Of a stretch of 64,000 nucleotides of DNA, positions 37,290 through 50,727 are shown one piece after another. The stretch covers positions 44,518,001-44,582,000 of the forward strand of contig NC_086097.1 of assembly GCF_963921235.1 (NCBI RefSeq), given 5' to 3'. Every line of letters starts with the position of its first letter. Position 1 is the first letter of the stretch. Source of the DNA: Mobula hypostoma (Eukaryota). The notes beneath the pieces were generated by a model. That model had not been told where the DNA came from. It saw only the letters and a program-made list of their open reading frames with translations, and searched no databases. The position numbers and the translations under genes were made by a program.

Positions 37290-38160
37290 CACAAACTCAG
37301 CAGGCCAGGCAGCGTCCGTGGAAAAGAGTACAGTCGACGTTTGAGGCCAAGACCTTCATCGGGACTGGAGAAAAAAAGATGAGGAGATAAGGTGAGAGAG
37401 GGAAAGGTGGGTGGGAAATGGTGAAGGGTGGCATTACCGGAAGTTTGAGAAATCGATGTTCATGCCATCAGGTTGGAGGTTACCCCGATGGAATACAAGG
37501 TGCTGCTGCTCCAACTCTGTGTGGCCTCATCACAACAGTAGAGGTTTAGCACTGCCATGTCAAAATGGGAATGGGAAGTGGAATTAAAATGGGTGGACAA
37601 TGGGAGATCCCACTTCTGGCAGACAGAGCATGGCTCCTCAGCGAGGTGAGTTCATAATCTACATTGGCTTTCGCTGATATACAGGAGGCCACACCGGGTG
37701 CACCAAACACAGTATATGACCCCAACACTCACAGATGAAGTGTCGCCTCACCTGGAAGGACTGTTTTGGGCCCTGAATGGTAGTGAGGGAGGAGGTGTAG
37801 GGGCAGGTGTAGCACTTGTTCTGCTTGCAAGGGTAAGTGTCAGGAGGGAGATCAGTGGGGAGGGGCAAACGTACAAGGGAGTTGAGGAGGGAGCAGAAAG
37901 CAGAAAGTGGGGTGAGGGAATGATGTGATGGGCGATGGGATCCCGATGGAGATGGCAGAAGTTACGGAGAATTATGTGCTAGATGCGGAGGCTGCTAGGG
38001 TGGTGGGTGAGGACAAGAGGAACCCTATCCCTGGTGGGCTGGCGGGAGGACGGGAAGTCGACTGTACTCTTTTCCATAGATGCTGCCTGGCCTGCTGAGT
38101 TCCTCCAGCACTTTGTGTGTGTTGCTTTGGATTTCCAGCATCTGCAGATTTTCTCTAGTG
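37290..38160 (-). mobile_element. Older PLE with inverted terminal segment
   Basis: Reverse peptide PPDTYPCKQNKCYTCPYTSSLTTIQGPKQSFQVRRHF. Terminal repeat at 37290-37370 and an inverted copy at 38055-38160. Confidence 0.8.
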
Positions 38161-38507
38161 TCTCATTTATTTATTGATCAGTGCTTCACCCTATAGCATG
38201 CTAGACCTCACCATTTTCTATACCACAGCTTAAAAAAATAAGGTAATTTAAAGCTAGCTTGTTTGTTTTCTTTTTTTCCCTGTTCTGATAAGGGTTTTCA
38301 CCCTGAAATATTAACTCTATTTCTCTTATCACAGATGCTGAGAGGTTCCAAAATGTTTTGCTTTTATTTCATACCAAAGGCATCTGCAATTTCCTTTCAT
38401 TGTTTTCTTTTACTGTCCATACTGGAGAGTTCAAAGGGATGGAAAATACTAGCAAAGCAAGCGTATTGTCTTGCTGCCGTGCACGGTGCTGGATAGAACA
38501 TATTACG

Positions 38508-39446
38508 TAGAAACATAGAAACCCTCCAGCACAATACAGGCCCTTCAGCCCACAGAGTTGTGCCGAACATGGCCCCACTTTAGAAATTACTAGGCTTACC
38601 TATAGCCCTCTATTTTACTAAGGTCCGTGTACCTATCTAAAAGTCTGTTAAAAGACCCTATTGTATCCGCCTCCACCACCGTTGCCGGCAGCCCACTCCA
38701 CACACTCACCACTCTCTGAGTAAAAAACTTACCCCTGACATCTCCTCTGTACCTACTCCCCAGCACCTTAAACCTGTGTCCTCTTGTGGCAACCATTTCA
38801 GCCCTGGGAAAAAGCCTCTGACTATCCGCACGTTCAATGGCTCTCATCATCTTATACACCTCTATCAGCTCACCTCTCATCCTCCAACGCTCCAAGAAGA
38901 AAAGGCCGAGTTCACTCAACCTATTCTCATAAGGAATGCTCCCCAATCCAGGCAACATCCTTGTAAATCTCCTTTGCACCCTTTCTATGACTTCCATATC
39001 CTTCCTGTAGTGAGGCGAGCAGAATTCACAGTACTCCAAGTGGGGTCTGACCAGGGTCCTATATAGGGCCTCCTAAATTCAATTCCACGATTGATGAAGG
39101 CCAATACACCATACACCTTCTTAACCACGGAGTCAACCTGCGCAGCTGCTTTGAATGTCCTATGGACTCGAACCCCAAGATTCCTCTGACCCTCCACACC
39201 GCCAAGAGTCTTACCATTAATACTATATTCTGCCATCATAATTGACCTACCAAAATGAACCACTTCACACTTATCTGGGTTGAACTCCATCTGCCACTTC
39301 TCGGCCCAGTTTTGCATCCTATCGATGTCCCGCTGTAACCTCTGACAGCTCTGCACACTATCCACAGCACCTCCAACCTTTGTGTCATCAGTAAACTTAC
39401 TAACCCATCCCTCCACTTCCTCATCCAGGTCATTTATAAAAATCAC
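38508..39446 (-). mobile_element. CR1 LINE 3' portion
   Basis: IFINDLDEEVEGWVSKFTDDTKVGG and RMRGELIEVYKMM..FFTQRVVSVW, with tail TAGAAACATAGAAA at 38508. Confidence 0.92.
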
Positions 39447-40324
39447 AGTGATAACAGTGATAATTTAATTCAGCAACAGCAGCCTGCATTTACTGATGAT
39501 AGTAAGATAAAAGTAAAAGCAGGAGTAGACCTGTCGAGCCTGCTCCGTCATTCAGTAAGAACATAGCTGATATGGCTCCACCTACCTGCTTTTCCCAACA
39601 ACCATTAATTCCTGTGCTATGCAAAAATCTGTCTAACTGAGTCTTATATATATTTAATGAGGCAGGCTCTATTGCTTCCCTGGGCAGTGAATGCCACAGA
39701 TTCACCACTCTCTGGGAAAAGCAGTTTCACTTCATCTTCATCCTAAATATATTCCCCCATACCTTGAGGCTATGTCCCCTAGTTCTAGTCTCATAATACT
39801 ATGTTGATAGCAAAACATCCTTAGACTCTTAATTTAAAAAATGGACACCTACCTGGAGACAAAGATAATGTGAAGACCTGAACCATAAGATCTTTTCCTT
39901 CTTCCACAAATACCACCAAACCTACTGAGGATTTCCAGCAGTTTCTGTTTTTATTTCAGATTTCCAGCATCTGCAGTTATTTGAGATTCAATTACTGAAG
40001 AAGAGATACCTGGACCAACAATTTAACCTTAGCCATGAATTAGCAGAGAAAGGTGTTAAGAGGGAAGGGAGGAAATGAGGGGAAAAGCACCAGTTATAGT
40101 AAGTGTTATTAACTGAAGGTAGATGGAGACCTGGAAACTGTGTAGTTTTTCTTTTTTATTTATTGATTTTCTGGGTTATGTGCAATGTTGGTAGCCAGCA
40201 TTTGCTGTCCAATCCTAATTTCCTTTGAGGAGACAGTGTTGGCTATATTCTCGAGTTGTTGCAATCTTACTGTAAAAGGTGCTCCCACAGTGCTGTTGGG
40301 AAGGGAATACAAGTGTTTCGACCA

Positions 40325-40840
40325 GGTTATTTCTGCAGCAGTTTGAACGGGGCACAACTGCACAAGCGCGTGGTGGTTGGCCAGTGAGAACAGCGGGAAG
40401 AGTTTAAAAGCGAGCAGAGTTGAAAAGGCAATGGTTATCTCTTCAGCGGTTGAATGGGGCACGACTGCGCAACCATGTGGAGGTCAGCCAGTGAGAACAG
40501 CGGGAAGAGTTTAAAAGCGAGCAGAGTTGAAAAGGCAATGGTTATCTCTTCAGCAGTTTGAACGGGGCACGACTGCGCAACCGTGTGGAGGTCGGCCAGT
40601 GAGAACAGCGGGAAGAGTTTAAAAGTGAGCAGAGTTGAAAAGGTGATGGTTATCTCTTCAGCGGTTTGAACGGGGCACGACTGCGCAAGCATGTGGAGGT
40701 CGGCCAGTGAGAACAGCGGGAAGAGTTTAAAAGCAAGCAGAGTTGAAAAGGTGATGGTTATCTCTTCAGTGGTTTGAACGGGGCACGACTGCGCAACCGT
40801 GTGGAGGTCGGCCAGTGAGCACAGTGGGAAAAGTTTAAAA
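40325..40840 (+). repeat. Tandem array of ~4.8 x 108-bp monomers at the CR1 5' end
   Basis: GGTTAT unit starts at 40325, 40433, 40540, 40648 and 40756 (periods 108/107/108/108). Confidence 0.95.
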
Positions 40841-40983
40841 GGAAGACAAATTTACAGAGTGGGCGTCAGAGGAGCAGGTGACGGAGTAGAGGGAGATAAA
40901 GTGGAAAGGCATTGGCTCAATGGGGCTTCGGCGATAACGGGTCGAGGCCAGGTAGGTTATCTGTTTAAGATAAAGACAAAGTA

Positions 40984-41903
40984 TATGTGTGAGGCCAGTT
41001 TTCTGTGCTCGGTGTCAGATGTGGGAGGTCCTGGAGACTCTCAGCCTCCCAGACGACCACATCTGCACCAGGTATGTCGAGCCGCAGCTCCTTAGGGACC
41101 TCATTAGGGAACTGGAGATGCAGCTCGATGACCTTCGTCTGGTCGGGGAGAGTGAGGAGCTATAGGCAGGTAGCCACCGGGGGACCACAGGAGACAGAGA
41201 AGTGGGTAACAGTCAGGGGAGGGAAGGGCAAGAAGCAGGTACTAGAGAGTACTCCAGTGGCTGTCCCCCTTAACAGTAAGTATTCCTGCTTGAGTACTAT
41301 TGGGGGAGACAGCCAACCTGGGGCAACAACAGTGGTCGCGCCTCTGGCACAGAGTCCGGCCCTGTGGCTCAGATGGGTAGGGAAAAGAAGAGGATGGCAG
41401 CAGTGATAGGGGACTCCATAGTTAGGTGGTCAAATACGCGATTCTGTGGGCACAAGAAAGAAACGCGGATGGTAGTTTGCCTTCCAGGTGCCAGGGTCCA
41501 GGATGTTTCTGATCGCGTCCACAATATCTTGAAGTAGGAAGGAGAACAGCCAGAGGTTGTGGTACATATTAGTACCAATGACATAGGTAGGAAAAGGGAG
41601 GAGGTCCTGAAAAAAAGACTACAGGGAGTTAGGAAAGAAGTTGAGAAGCAGGATCTCAAAGTTAGTCATCTCGGGATTACTGCCTGTGCCACGTGACAGT
41701 GAGTATAGGAATAAAAGGAGATGGAGGATAAATGCGTAGCTGAGGGATTGGAGCGGGGGCAGGGATTCAGATCTCTGGATCATTGGGACCTCTTCTGGAG
41801 CAGGTGTGACCTATACAAAGAGGATGGGTTGCACTTGAATCCAAGGGGGACCAACATCCTGGCGGGAAGGTTTGCTAAGGCTATTGGGGAAAGTTTAAAC
41901 TAG
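40984..41903 (+). pseudogene. CR1 ORF1 (Zn-finger, coiled coil, SGNH/GDSL esterase), frameshifted
   Basis: Remnants CARCQMWE..DDHICTR, RELEMQLDDL, VIGDSIVR (41403), VCLPGARVQDV, HISTND and DGLHLNPRG; ends AAACTAG. Confidence 0.85.
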
Positions 41904-42011
41904 AATTGGTGGGGGGTGGGAACTGAACTGAAGTGACAGAGGAAAGGGAGGTTGGCTCACAAATAGAGAAAGTTTGGAGACAATGCAAAAGGGAGGATAG
42001 GCAGGTGATAG

Positions 42012-44782
42012 ATGGTTCAGTCCGATGGTTTGAGATGTGTCTATTTTAATGCCAGGAGTATCATGAATAAAGCGGTTGAGCTTAGAGTGTGGATTAGCAC
42101 TTGGAGCGCTGATGTTGTGGCCATTACAGAGACTTGGATGGTGCAGGGGCAGGAATGGCTATTTCACGTGTCAGGCTTTAGATGTTTCAGAAAGGATAGG
42201 GAGGGAGGCAAAAGAGGTGGGGGCGTGGCACTGTTGATCAGAGATAGTGTCACGGCTGCAGAAAAGAAGGAAGTCATGAAGGGATTGTCTACTGAATCTC
42301 TGTGGGTGGAAGTTAAGAGTAGGAAGGGGTCAATAACTCTACTGGGTGTTTTTTACAGACCACCCAATAGTAACAGGGACATCGAGGAGCAGACAGGGAG
42401 ACAGATTTTGAAAAGGAGTAATAATAACAGGGTTGTTGTGGTGGGAGATTTTAATTTCCCAAATATTGATTGGCATCTCCCTAGAGTGAGGGGTTTAGAT
42501 GGGATAAAGTTTGTTAGGTCTGTTCAGGAAGGTTTCTTGACACAATATGTAGATAAGCCTGCAAGAGGAGAGGCTGTACTTGATCTGGAATTGGAAAATG
42601 AACCTGGTCAGGTGTCAGATCTCTCAGAGGGAGGGCATTTTGGAGCTAGTGATCACAATTCTATCTCTTTTACCATAGCATTGGAGAGGGATAGGAACAG
42701 ACAAGTTAGGGAAATATTTAATTGGAGTAAGGGGAAATACGAGGCTATCAGGCAGGAACTTGGAAGCATAAATTGGAAATCGATGTTCTCAGGAAAACAT
42801 ACAGAAGAAATGTGGCAAATATTCAGGGGATATTTGCGTGGGGTTCTGAGTAGGCACGTTCCAATGAGACAAGGAAAGGATGGTAGGGTACAAGATCCGT
42901 GGTGTACAAAGGCTGTTGTAAATTTAGTCAAGAAGAAGAGCTTACGAAAGGTTAAAAAAAACTAGGTAATGATATGAATCTAGAAGATTATAAGGCTAGC
43001 AGGAAGGAGCTGAAGAATGAAATTAGGAGAGCCAGAAGGGGCCATGAGAAGGCCTTGGCGGACAGGACTAAGGAAAATCCCAAGGCATTCTTCAAGTATG
43101 TGAAGAGCAAGAGGATAAGACGTGAGAGAATAGGACCAATCAAGTGTGACAATGGAAAAGTGTGTATGGAACCAGAGGAAATAGCGGTGGTACTTAATGA
43201 ATACTTTGCTTCAGTACTCACTATGGAAAAGGATCTTGGCGGATGACTTGCAGTGGACTGAAAAGCTTGAGAATGTATATATTAAGAAAGTGGACGTGTT
43301 GGAGCTTTTGGAAAGCAACAAGTTGGATAAGTCACTGGGATCGGATGGGATGTACCCCAGGCTACTGTGGGAAGCAAGGCCGGAAATTGCTGAGCCTCTG
43401 GCAATGATCTTTGCATCATCAATGAGGACGGGAGAGGTTCCAGAGAATTGGAGGGTTGCGGATATTATTCTCTTAGTCAAGAAAGGGAGAAGGGATAGCC
43501 AGTGAGTCTTACTTCAGTGGTTGGTAAGTTGATGGAGAAGATCCTGAGAGGCAGGATTTATGAACATTTGGAGAGGCATAATATGATTAGGAATAGTCAG
43601 CATGGCTTTGTCAAAGGCAGGTCGTGTCTTACGAGCCAGATTGAACTTTTTGAGGATGTGACTAAGCACATTGATGAAGGTTGAGCCGTAGATGTAGAGT
43701 ATATGAATTTTAGGAAGGCATTTGATAAGGTACCCCATGCAAGGCTTATTGAGAAAGTAAGAAAGCATGGGATCCAAGGGGACATTGCTTTGTGGATCCA
43801 GAACTGGCTTGCCCACAGAAGGCAAAGAGTGGTTGTAGATGGGTCGTATTCTGCATGGAGGCCGGTGACCAGTGGTGTGCCTCAGGGATTTGTTCTGGGA
43901 CCCCTACTCTTCGTGATTTTTATAAATGACCTGGATGAGGAAGTGGAGGGATGGGTTAGTAAATTTGCTGATAACACAAAGGTGGAGGGTGTTGTGGATA
44001 GTGTGGAGGACTGTCAGAGGTTACAGCAGGATATTGATAGAATGCAAAACTAAGCTGAGAAGTGGCAGATGGAGTTCAACCCAGATAAGTGTGAAGTGGT
44101 TCATTTTGGTAGGTCAAATATGATGGCAGAATATAGCATTAATGGTAAGACTCTTGGCAGCGTGGAGAATCAGGGGGATCTTGGGGTCCTAGTCCATAGG
44201 ACACTCAAAGCTGCTACGCAGGTTGACTCCGTGGTTAAGAAGGCATACGGTGCATTGGCCTTCATCAATCGTGGGATGGAGTTTAAGAGCCGAGAGGTAA
44301 TGTTGCAGCTATATAGGACCCTGGTCAGACCCCACTTGGAGTACTGTGCTCAATTCTGGTCACCTCACTATACGAATGACGTGGAAACCATAGAAACGGC
44401 GCAGAGGAGATTTACAAGGATGTTGCCTGGATTGGGGAGCATGCCTTATGAGAATAGGTTGAGTGAACTCGGCCTTTTCTCCTTGGAGCAACAAAGGATG
44501 AGAGGTGACCTGACAGCGGTGTACAAGATAATGAGAGGCATTGATCATGTGGATAGTCAGAGTCTTTTCCCCAGTGATGAAATGGCTAGCACAAGAGGGC
44601 ATAGTTTTAAGGTGCTTGGAAGTTGGTACAAAGGAGATGTCGGGATAAGTTTTTTTACGCAGAGAGTGGTGAGTGCATGGAATGGGCTGCCGGCGGCAGT
44701 GATGGAGGCGGAAATGATAGGGCCTTTTAAGAGACTCCTGGATGGTTACATGGAGCTTAGCAAAATAGAGAGCCGTGGGTAA
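42012..44782 (+). pseudogene. CR1 ORF2 (APE endonuclease + reverse transcriptase), disrupted
   Basis: YFNARSI, VAITETW, GGGVAL, FYRPP, VGDFNFP and SDH endonuclease motifs; QHGF, KAFDKVPH, GVPQG and FADNTK RT motifs. Several stops and frameshifts. Confidence 0.92.
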
Positions 44783-45139
44783 AGCCCAGGTAGTTCTAAG
44801 GTAGGGACATGTTCGGCACAGCTTTGTGGGCCAAAGTGCCTGTATTGTGCTGTAGGTTTTCTATGTTTCTATGTTTCTACAACAATGAAGGAATGGTGAT
44901 GTCTTTATAGATAAGGATGCTGTGCATCTTTGAGTGAAATTTGCTAATGCTATTGTTCCTATGCTCATGAAACCCATGTCCTTTTTGGTGGTGGACACGA
45001 TAGGTTTGAGAGGTGTTGCCTGGTTGAGTAACTGCTGAATACTTGGTAGAGGATATGCCCTGCAACTGTTTTTAGGTGAACAGGCCATTTACAGTCCTGA
45101 CTTGCTCTTTGTAAATAGAGGAAAGGATTTGGTGTATCT

Positions 45140-45690
45140 GCATTTGAGTCACTGACTGCATTTAGAGTACTGTGAGTACTTTTGGGCCCCTTATATAAGA
45201 AAGGATGTGCTGGAGTTGGAGAAGGTCCAGCGGAGTTTCACAAGAATTATCCCAGAAATGGTGGTTCATATATGAGGAGTATTCGATGGCTCTACACTCT
45301 ACTCATTATAGTTAGAAGAATGAGGGGGCACCTCATTGAAACCCGTTGAATATTAAAAGGCCTAGATATAATGGATGTTGAGAAGATGTTTCTGGTAGTG
45401 GTGGACTCTAGGCACAGAGGGCACAGCTTCAGAATAGGAGGACATAGGATGTCTGAACAGAGCTAAGGAGGAATCTCTTTATCCTGAGTGTGGTGAAAAT
45501 GTAGAATTCATTGCCACTGTTGGCTGTAGAGGCTAAGTCATTGAGTATATTTAAAGTAGGTTCTTAATTAGTAAGGATGTCAAAGCTTATGGGGAGAAGG
45601 CAGGAGAACGGGTTTGAGAGAGATAACATATCAGCCATGATTGAATGGCCGAGCAGCCTCAGTTCTACTAATAGAATTAGTATGGCCTTA
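45140..45690 (+). mobile_element. Decayed CR1 3' fragment
   Basis: Remnants of HLEYC..WAPYIRKDVLELEKVQR, RRMRGHLIET, and the 3'UTR motif tcagccatgattgaatgg. Confidence 0.75.
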
Positions 45691-45917
45691 TGGAATATGC
45701 TATACCTTGCTTCAAACTTGCTTAGTGATCTGTGGCTGAACTGGTTGAATTTCTAGTTAATGTTGACACCTGGAACTGACTATTGGCTAATGCCATGGGA
45801 AGGTAATTACCGTTTTGGCAGCATTGTGGTACCTATCTTCCCATTGCTGAAATTTGAGTGGGTTAACAGAGACAGGGAAGAATTGTGGAGGATCTTGTTC
45901 CAGGAAGGATTAAGAGT

Positions 45918-48070
45918 CACAGAGTCATAGAAGACTACAGCACAGAAACAGGCCCTTCAGAACATCAATTCCATTCTGAACCATTAATCTACCTAGTCCT
46001 ATCGACCTGCACCCCGAGCAGAGCCCTCCTTATATCTCCCATATATGTACCTATCCAAATTACTCTTAAATGTTGAAATCGACCTCTCATCCACAAGTTG
46101 CACTGGCAGCTCATTCCAAACTGCGAATGAAGAAGTTCCCCCTCATGTTCCTTTTAAACGTCACCAACATTTTATACAATTACAACATAATGTCCCAATT
46201 CCTGTACTCAATACATTGATTTATGAAGGCTACTGTGCCAAAAGCTTTCTTTATGACCGTATCTACCTGTGATGCCACTTACAAGGAATTATGAACCTGT
46301 ATTCCCAGATCCTTCTGTGCTACCACACTCCTCAGTGTCCTACCAATCACCATGGAATACCACCCTGGTTAGTCCTCCCACCTTGTATTTGTCTGCATTA
46401 AATTCCATCTGCCATTTTATAGTCCATTTTTTGTCCAGATCCCGCTGTCCACTACGCCCCCAATCTTGGTGTTATCCGCAGATCTGTGGATCCAGTTGAC
46501 CACATTATCATCCAGGTCGTTGATATAGATGACAAACAGCAACCAACCCAGCGCCAATCCCTGCAGCACGCCAGCAGTCACAGGCCTCCAGTCAGAGATG
46601 CCAATCATCTACTACCGCTCTCAAGTTTTTCTAGCGAAGCCAATGTCTAATCCAATTTATTACCTCATCTTGAAGGCCAAGCAACTGAATTTTCTTGACC
46701 AATGTCCTATGTGGGACCTTGTCAAAGGCCTTGCAAAAACCCAGGTAGAGAACATCCACTTCCCCGGTCGCCACCTCAAAAAACTCTACAAGTTTGGTTA
46801 GATATGATCTACCCATGCACAAAGCTATGTTGACTATCCTTAATTAGTCCCGGTCTATCCAAATACTTAGATATTTAGAATATCTTCCAGTCGCTTTCCT
46901 ACTACTGATGTCAGGCTCTCCACCCTCTAATTTCCTGGCTTATTCTTGGAGCCTTTCTTAAACAACGGAACAACATCAGCTATCCTCCAATCCTCCGACA
47001 CTTCACCCGTGGCTCGGGATGTTTTAAATATCTCTGCCAGGGCCCCTACAATTTCTGCACTAACCTCCAACAAGGTCCAAGGGAACACATTTTCAGGCCC
47101 TGGAAGGCAGCTAGCACCTCCTCCTCTGTAATCTATACAGGGTCCATCAACTCGCTGCTGCATTGCCACACATCTACAGACCCTGTGTCCGTCTGCCGAG
47201 TAAACGCAGATGCAAAAAAATCCAAGTAGGATCTCCCCATCTCTTTCAGCTCCACACATATATTACCACACTGCTCTTCCAGAAGGCCAATTTTGTCCCT
47301 TGTTATCCCTTTGCTTTTAATATATAATTATCTGTAGAAGCCCTTAGGATTTTCCTTCACCTTATCTGCACGAGCAACCTCATGCCTTCTTTTAGCCCTC
47401 CTAATTTCCTTCTTAAATGTTCTCATGCATGTCCTACACTCCTCAAGCACCTCATTTGTCCCTGCCTGTCTATACCTTCTATGTACCTCCTTCCTTTTCT
47501 TAACCAGGGCCTCAAAATCTCTCAAAAAATGTGTTTCCTTAAACCTGCTAGCCTTGCCTTTTATTCTAACAGGAACATACAAACTCTGTATTCTCAAATC
47601 TTTCCTTTTGAAGGCCTCCCGCTTACCAAGTACACATTTGCCTGAAAACAACCTGTCCCAATCCACACTTGTCAAATTCTTTCTGGTACCATGACAATTG
47701 TCCTTTCTCCAATTCAGAACTTCAACCCAAGGATCAGACCTATCCTTTTCTGTAAATACCTTGAAACTAATGGTATTATGATCAGTAGATGCAAAGTGTT
47801 TCCCTACACAAACTTCTATCACTTAACCTGTCTCATTCCCTAATAGGAGATCTAGTATCACACTCTCTCTAGTTAGGACTTTGATGTACTAGTTTAGGAA
47901 ACTTTCCTGAACACATTTGACAAGCTCTTTTCCATCCAGCCCTTTTACAGTATGGGAGTCCCAGTCAATACATGGAAAGTTAAAATCATCTACTATCATA
48001 AGCTTATATTTCTTGCAACAGTCTGTGATCTCTCTACAAATTTGCTACTCTAAATCCCGCGGTCTGTTGG
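45918..48070 (-). mobile_element. Decayed CR1 ORF2 with multiple internal deletions
   Basis: Reverse peptides HFASTDHNTISF, KENPKGFYR, TGEVSEDWRIADVVPLFKKG, FCKAFDKVPH and VIYINDLD..ADNTKIGG. Confidence 0.85.
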
Positions 48071-50727
48071 CTTATGCCCAGGAGGAATTTGAAAACAAGA
48101 CTGAGGAATTGACAATTAGACCCGATTACATAGAGGAATTGTGGTCAGGAGCTCAACCCAGAATCCAACACAGGAACAAAGTAGCAGAGAGTAACCAAGC
48201 ATAATAGTATATTTTAAAAAATATATCGTATGGGTTCCTTAAAATTAATTGGAAGATAAATGCTTTTTAAAGAGTGATTTATGAAGCAATTAAAAACATT
48301 GTACTAAACTAAAAATGGTTTTCTTTAATAGTTTAATTTCTATTAATATTCATTTTGCTGAAACATAGAATTTTCATGCTCAAGAATGAAGCTGTTATCC
48401 CATTGGTAGTTTGAAAGCAGTTGCTATTATATTCATCAAAGGATCATAGTGTCAAGTGGGCACACCATGAAACAAACATTTTCATTTTACTTATGTATTA
48501 ATGCTAGTCAAATGTAATTAGCTGTAATCACGTGTACACTATTTCCATTTATTAGAATTTGGAGTTTACTTAGTTCTTATGTCAATGGATAAATCTCCAA
48601 AGGGATGGAATGATATATATGTATTTTTCTTGCCTGTTGGTCAAATGATGCAGACACCTCATTATTAAATGTTAAAAATAACTAGCTAAATATATAGAAG
48701 ACGGTATGGACATATGACACGCCTAAACTGTTTACAGCTGTGCATCTAAACTGTTCAACAGTTAAGTGGAACGTAATTGATGTTATACAAATGTTAATTG
48801 TTGCTCAAGTAATTATATAATACTTTAAGCCATAGGAATCCAGGATTCCTTAGATGTTTTCTTAATTATGCATATATTTTTGACTTTGTGAGGGACCACT
48901 TCATATTATATTTTCTAATGCAGTACTAACAGAAATGATCAAATAATTGTGGTAAAACACTAATATAAAAAATTATAATGTTTTGAGATACTGTATTCTG
49001 TAACAGCTTTGATGTTTGAAGAAATAAGTAATGTTCACAGGTTTTTCACAATACGTACATGAATTGCATGCAGTGTGCCAAATTTCCATTGGAAGAATGC
49101 AGTATTGTGTTTGTGGAAAGGACACCACCTTGTTAACATAAAGAGCACAAAAAAATTCCCCTTACTTAGCCTCTCAATTCAAGTAAACAACCAAACTTCA
49201 AAACTAGCTAGGTAGTTTAAAGAGAAAGTCGCTGTTTTCAATCTGTTTTGAATAATTACACTACAAACAAGAATCAGCAAATTATGGAGTAATCGGAACG
49301 AAACTGAGGTACTTCAAAATGAATCAGTTCAGGTGCACATCTGGCCCATGATATCTTCTGTCCTGGCCTGCCTCAGGGCTAATGACTTGGTAGCAAGTTC
49401 TGGGTAACTAGGAGGTCTGATTTGTCAGCTTGGAATCTTTCCTTGCAGATGCCAAACTATTAACATTCTAAACTAACCACAGGAAAAGCAACAGATATAA
49501 AATGCTGGAGGAACTCAGCTAGTCAGGTAAAAGGCAATTGTTATTTTCTGGGAAAAATAACGCTAGAAATACACAGGAGTTAAGCAGCATCTATGGGAAG
49601 TAAACATAGTTTACTTTTTAGGTGGATGACCTTTCATCAGAACCAGGTAAAGTCAAAAGTTAACCTGGATAATGTTACAGAGAGGTGGTGTTTGGGGCGG
49701 GGGCGGGTAGCATTGGAAAGAACAAAGGGGACCTTTGTGGCAGAATGGAGATTAAGAGAAAACTGGATCGTGCAGTTGTACCATTGCTAGCCATCAGACG
49801 TTGGTGAATGCTTGTGAATTAGAAGCAATCCATCTGGTGGAGATGTACGTATACGGAAGTGAATATGGTTAGACCAGCAAAAAATAAGCAATGCTGGTAC
49901 TGTGATATGCTGAACACAATAGTTACTGGACATCCGTAATACATTAGGACACTGGAAAAGGCCAGCAGATCAGGCGGGGTCTGTGGATCAAGAAACAATT
50001 AACTAATTTCATAGATTGATGAATATACATCAGAACTGGTCAGTTGACTTATAACTACTGATTTGTCAGTTCTGTTTGGAAGCACTGAGACTCATCCAGA
50101 TCACTGAGCTTTCAGCACCTAAATGGTCTTGTAACCAACTGATATGTGTAGCCTGTTTCTCATCTCAAATAATCTCCTGCTATGGGCAAAGGTAGATTCA
50201 TGACAATAAACTCCATTTCCTTGATTAAAGAATGATAAACCCTACAATATTTCAAAGTTACTTTTAGAGTGGAATGGATAACAGTCGTGAGATAAACTCC
50301 AGTCATTTACTATGATGTTAGTTGGAGCACTGGAAAATTGTATGTATGATGAGAATTGAAGTAAGGGGAATTAAATTGCAGGCAGGCTTGCTAGAACTGA
50401 TGGGAGTAGTTTAAACTAGTATGGCAGGGGGATGGGAACCAGTATGATAGAGCTGAGGATGAGCCAGCAGGTTTACAAGTAGATAATGTAATATGTAATA
50501 TGAATGTAAGGAAGGACAAGCCAATGATTGGCTACAACTGCAGACAGAGCAAAGAGTTAAATTGTACCACAGAGGCAAAATTCAAAAGAGCGAAGGTAGG
50601 TGAACACGCAGCACATGTGATCAATATGACGTCGTGGCTGAAAGAGGGTCATAGTTGGGAGTTTAACATCAAAGGATATACCTTGTATCGAAAGGACAGG
50701 CAAGAAGACGTAGATGGTGGTGTGGCT

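Larger units (their letters stand above)
40325..44878 (+). mobile_element. Near full-length CR1 LINE (5' monomer array, ORF1, ORF2, 3' microsatellite tail), inactivated
   Basis: Colinear 108-bp repeat array, ORF1 esterase remnants, APE endonuclease, RT and a (TTTCTATG)n tail at 44858-44878. The older repeat it interrupts continues across the insertion (..gtttcgacca | caacaatgaaggaatggtg..). Confidence 0.93.

Noticed and set aside
40325..40840. Tandem array as a CRISPR array or a repeat-protein gene (36-aa repeat ORFs 40160-40462 and 40435-40692)
   Set aside because: Units are contiguous with no unique spacers, the context is eukaryotic, and the ORFs are antisense by-products of a 108-bp period broken by a 1-bp deletion.
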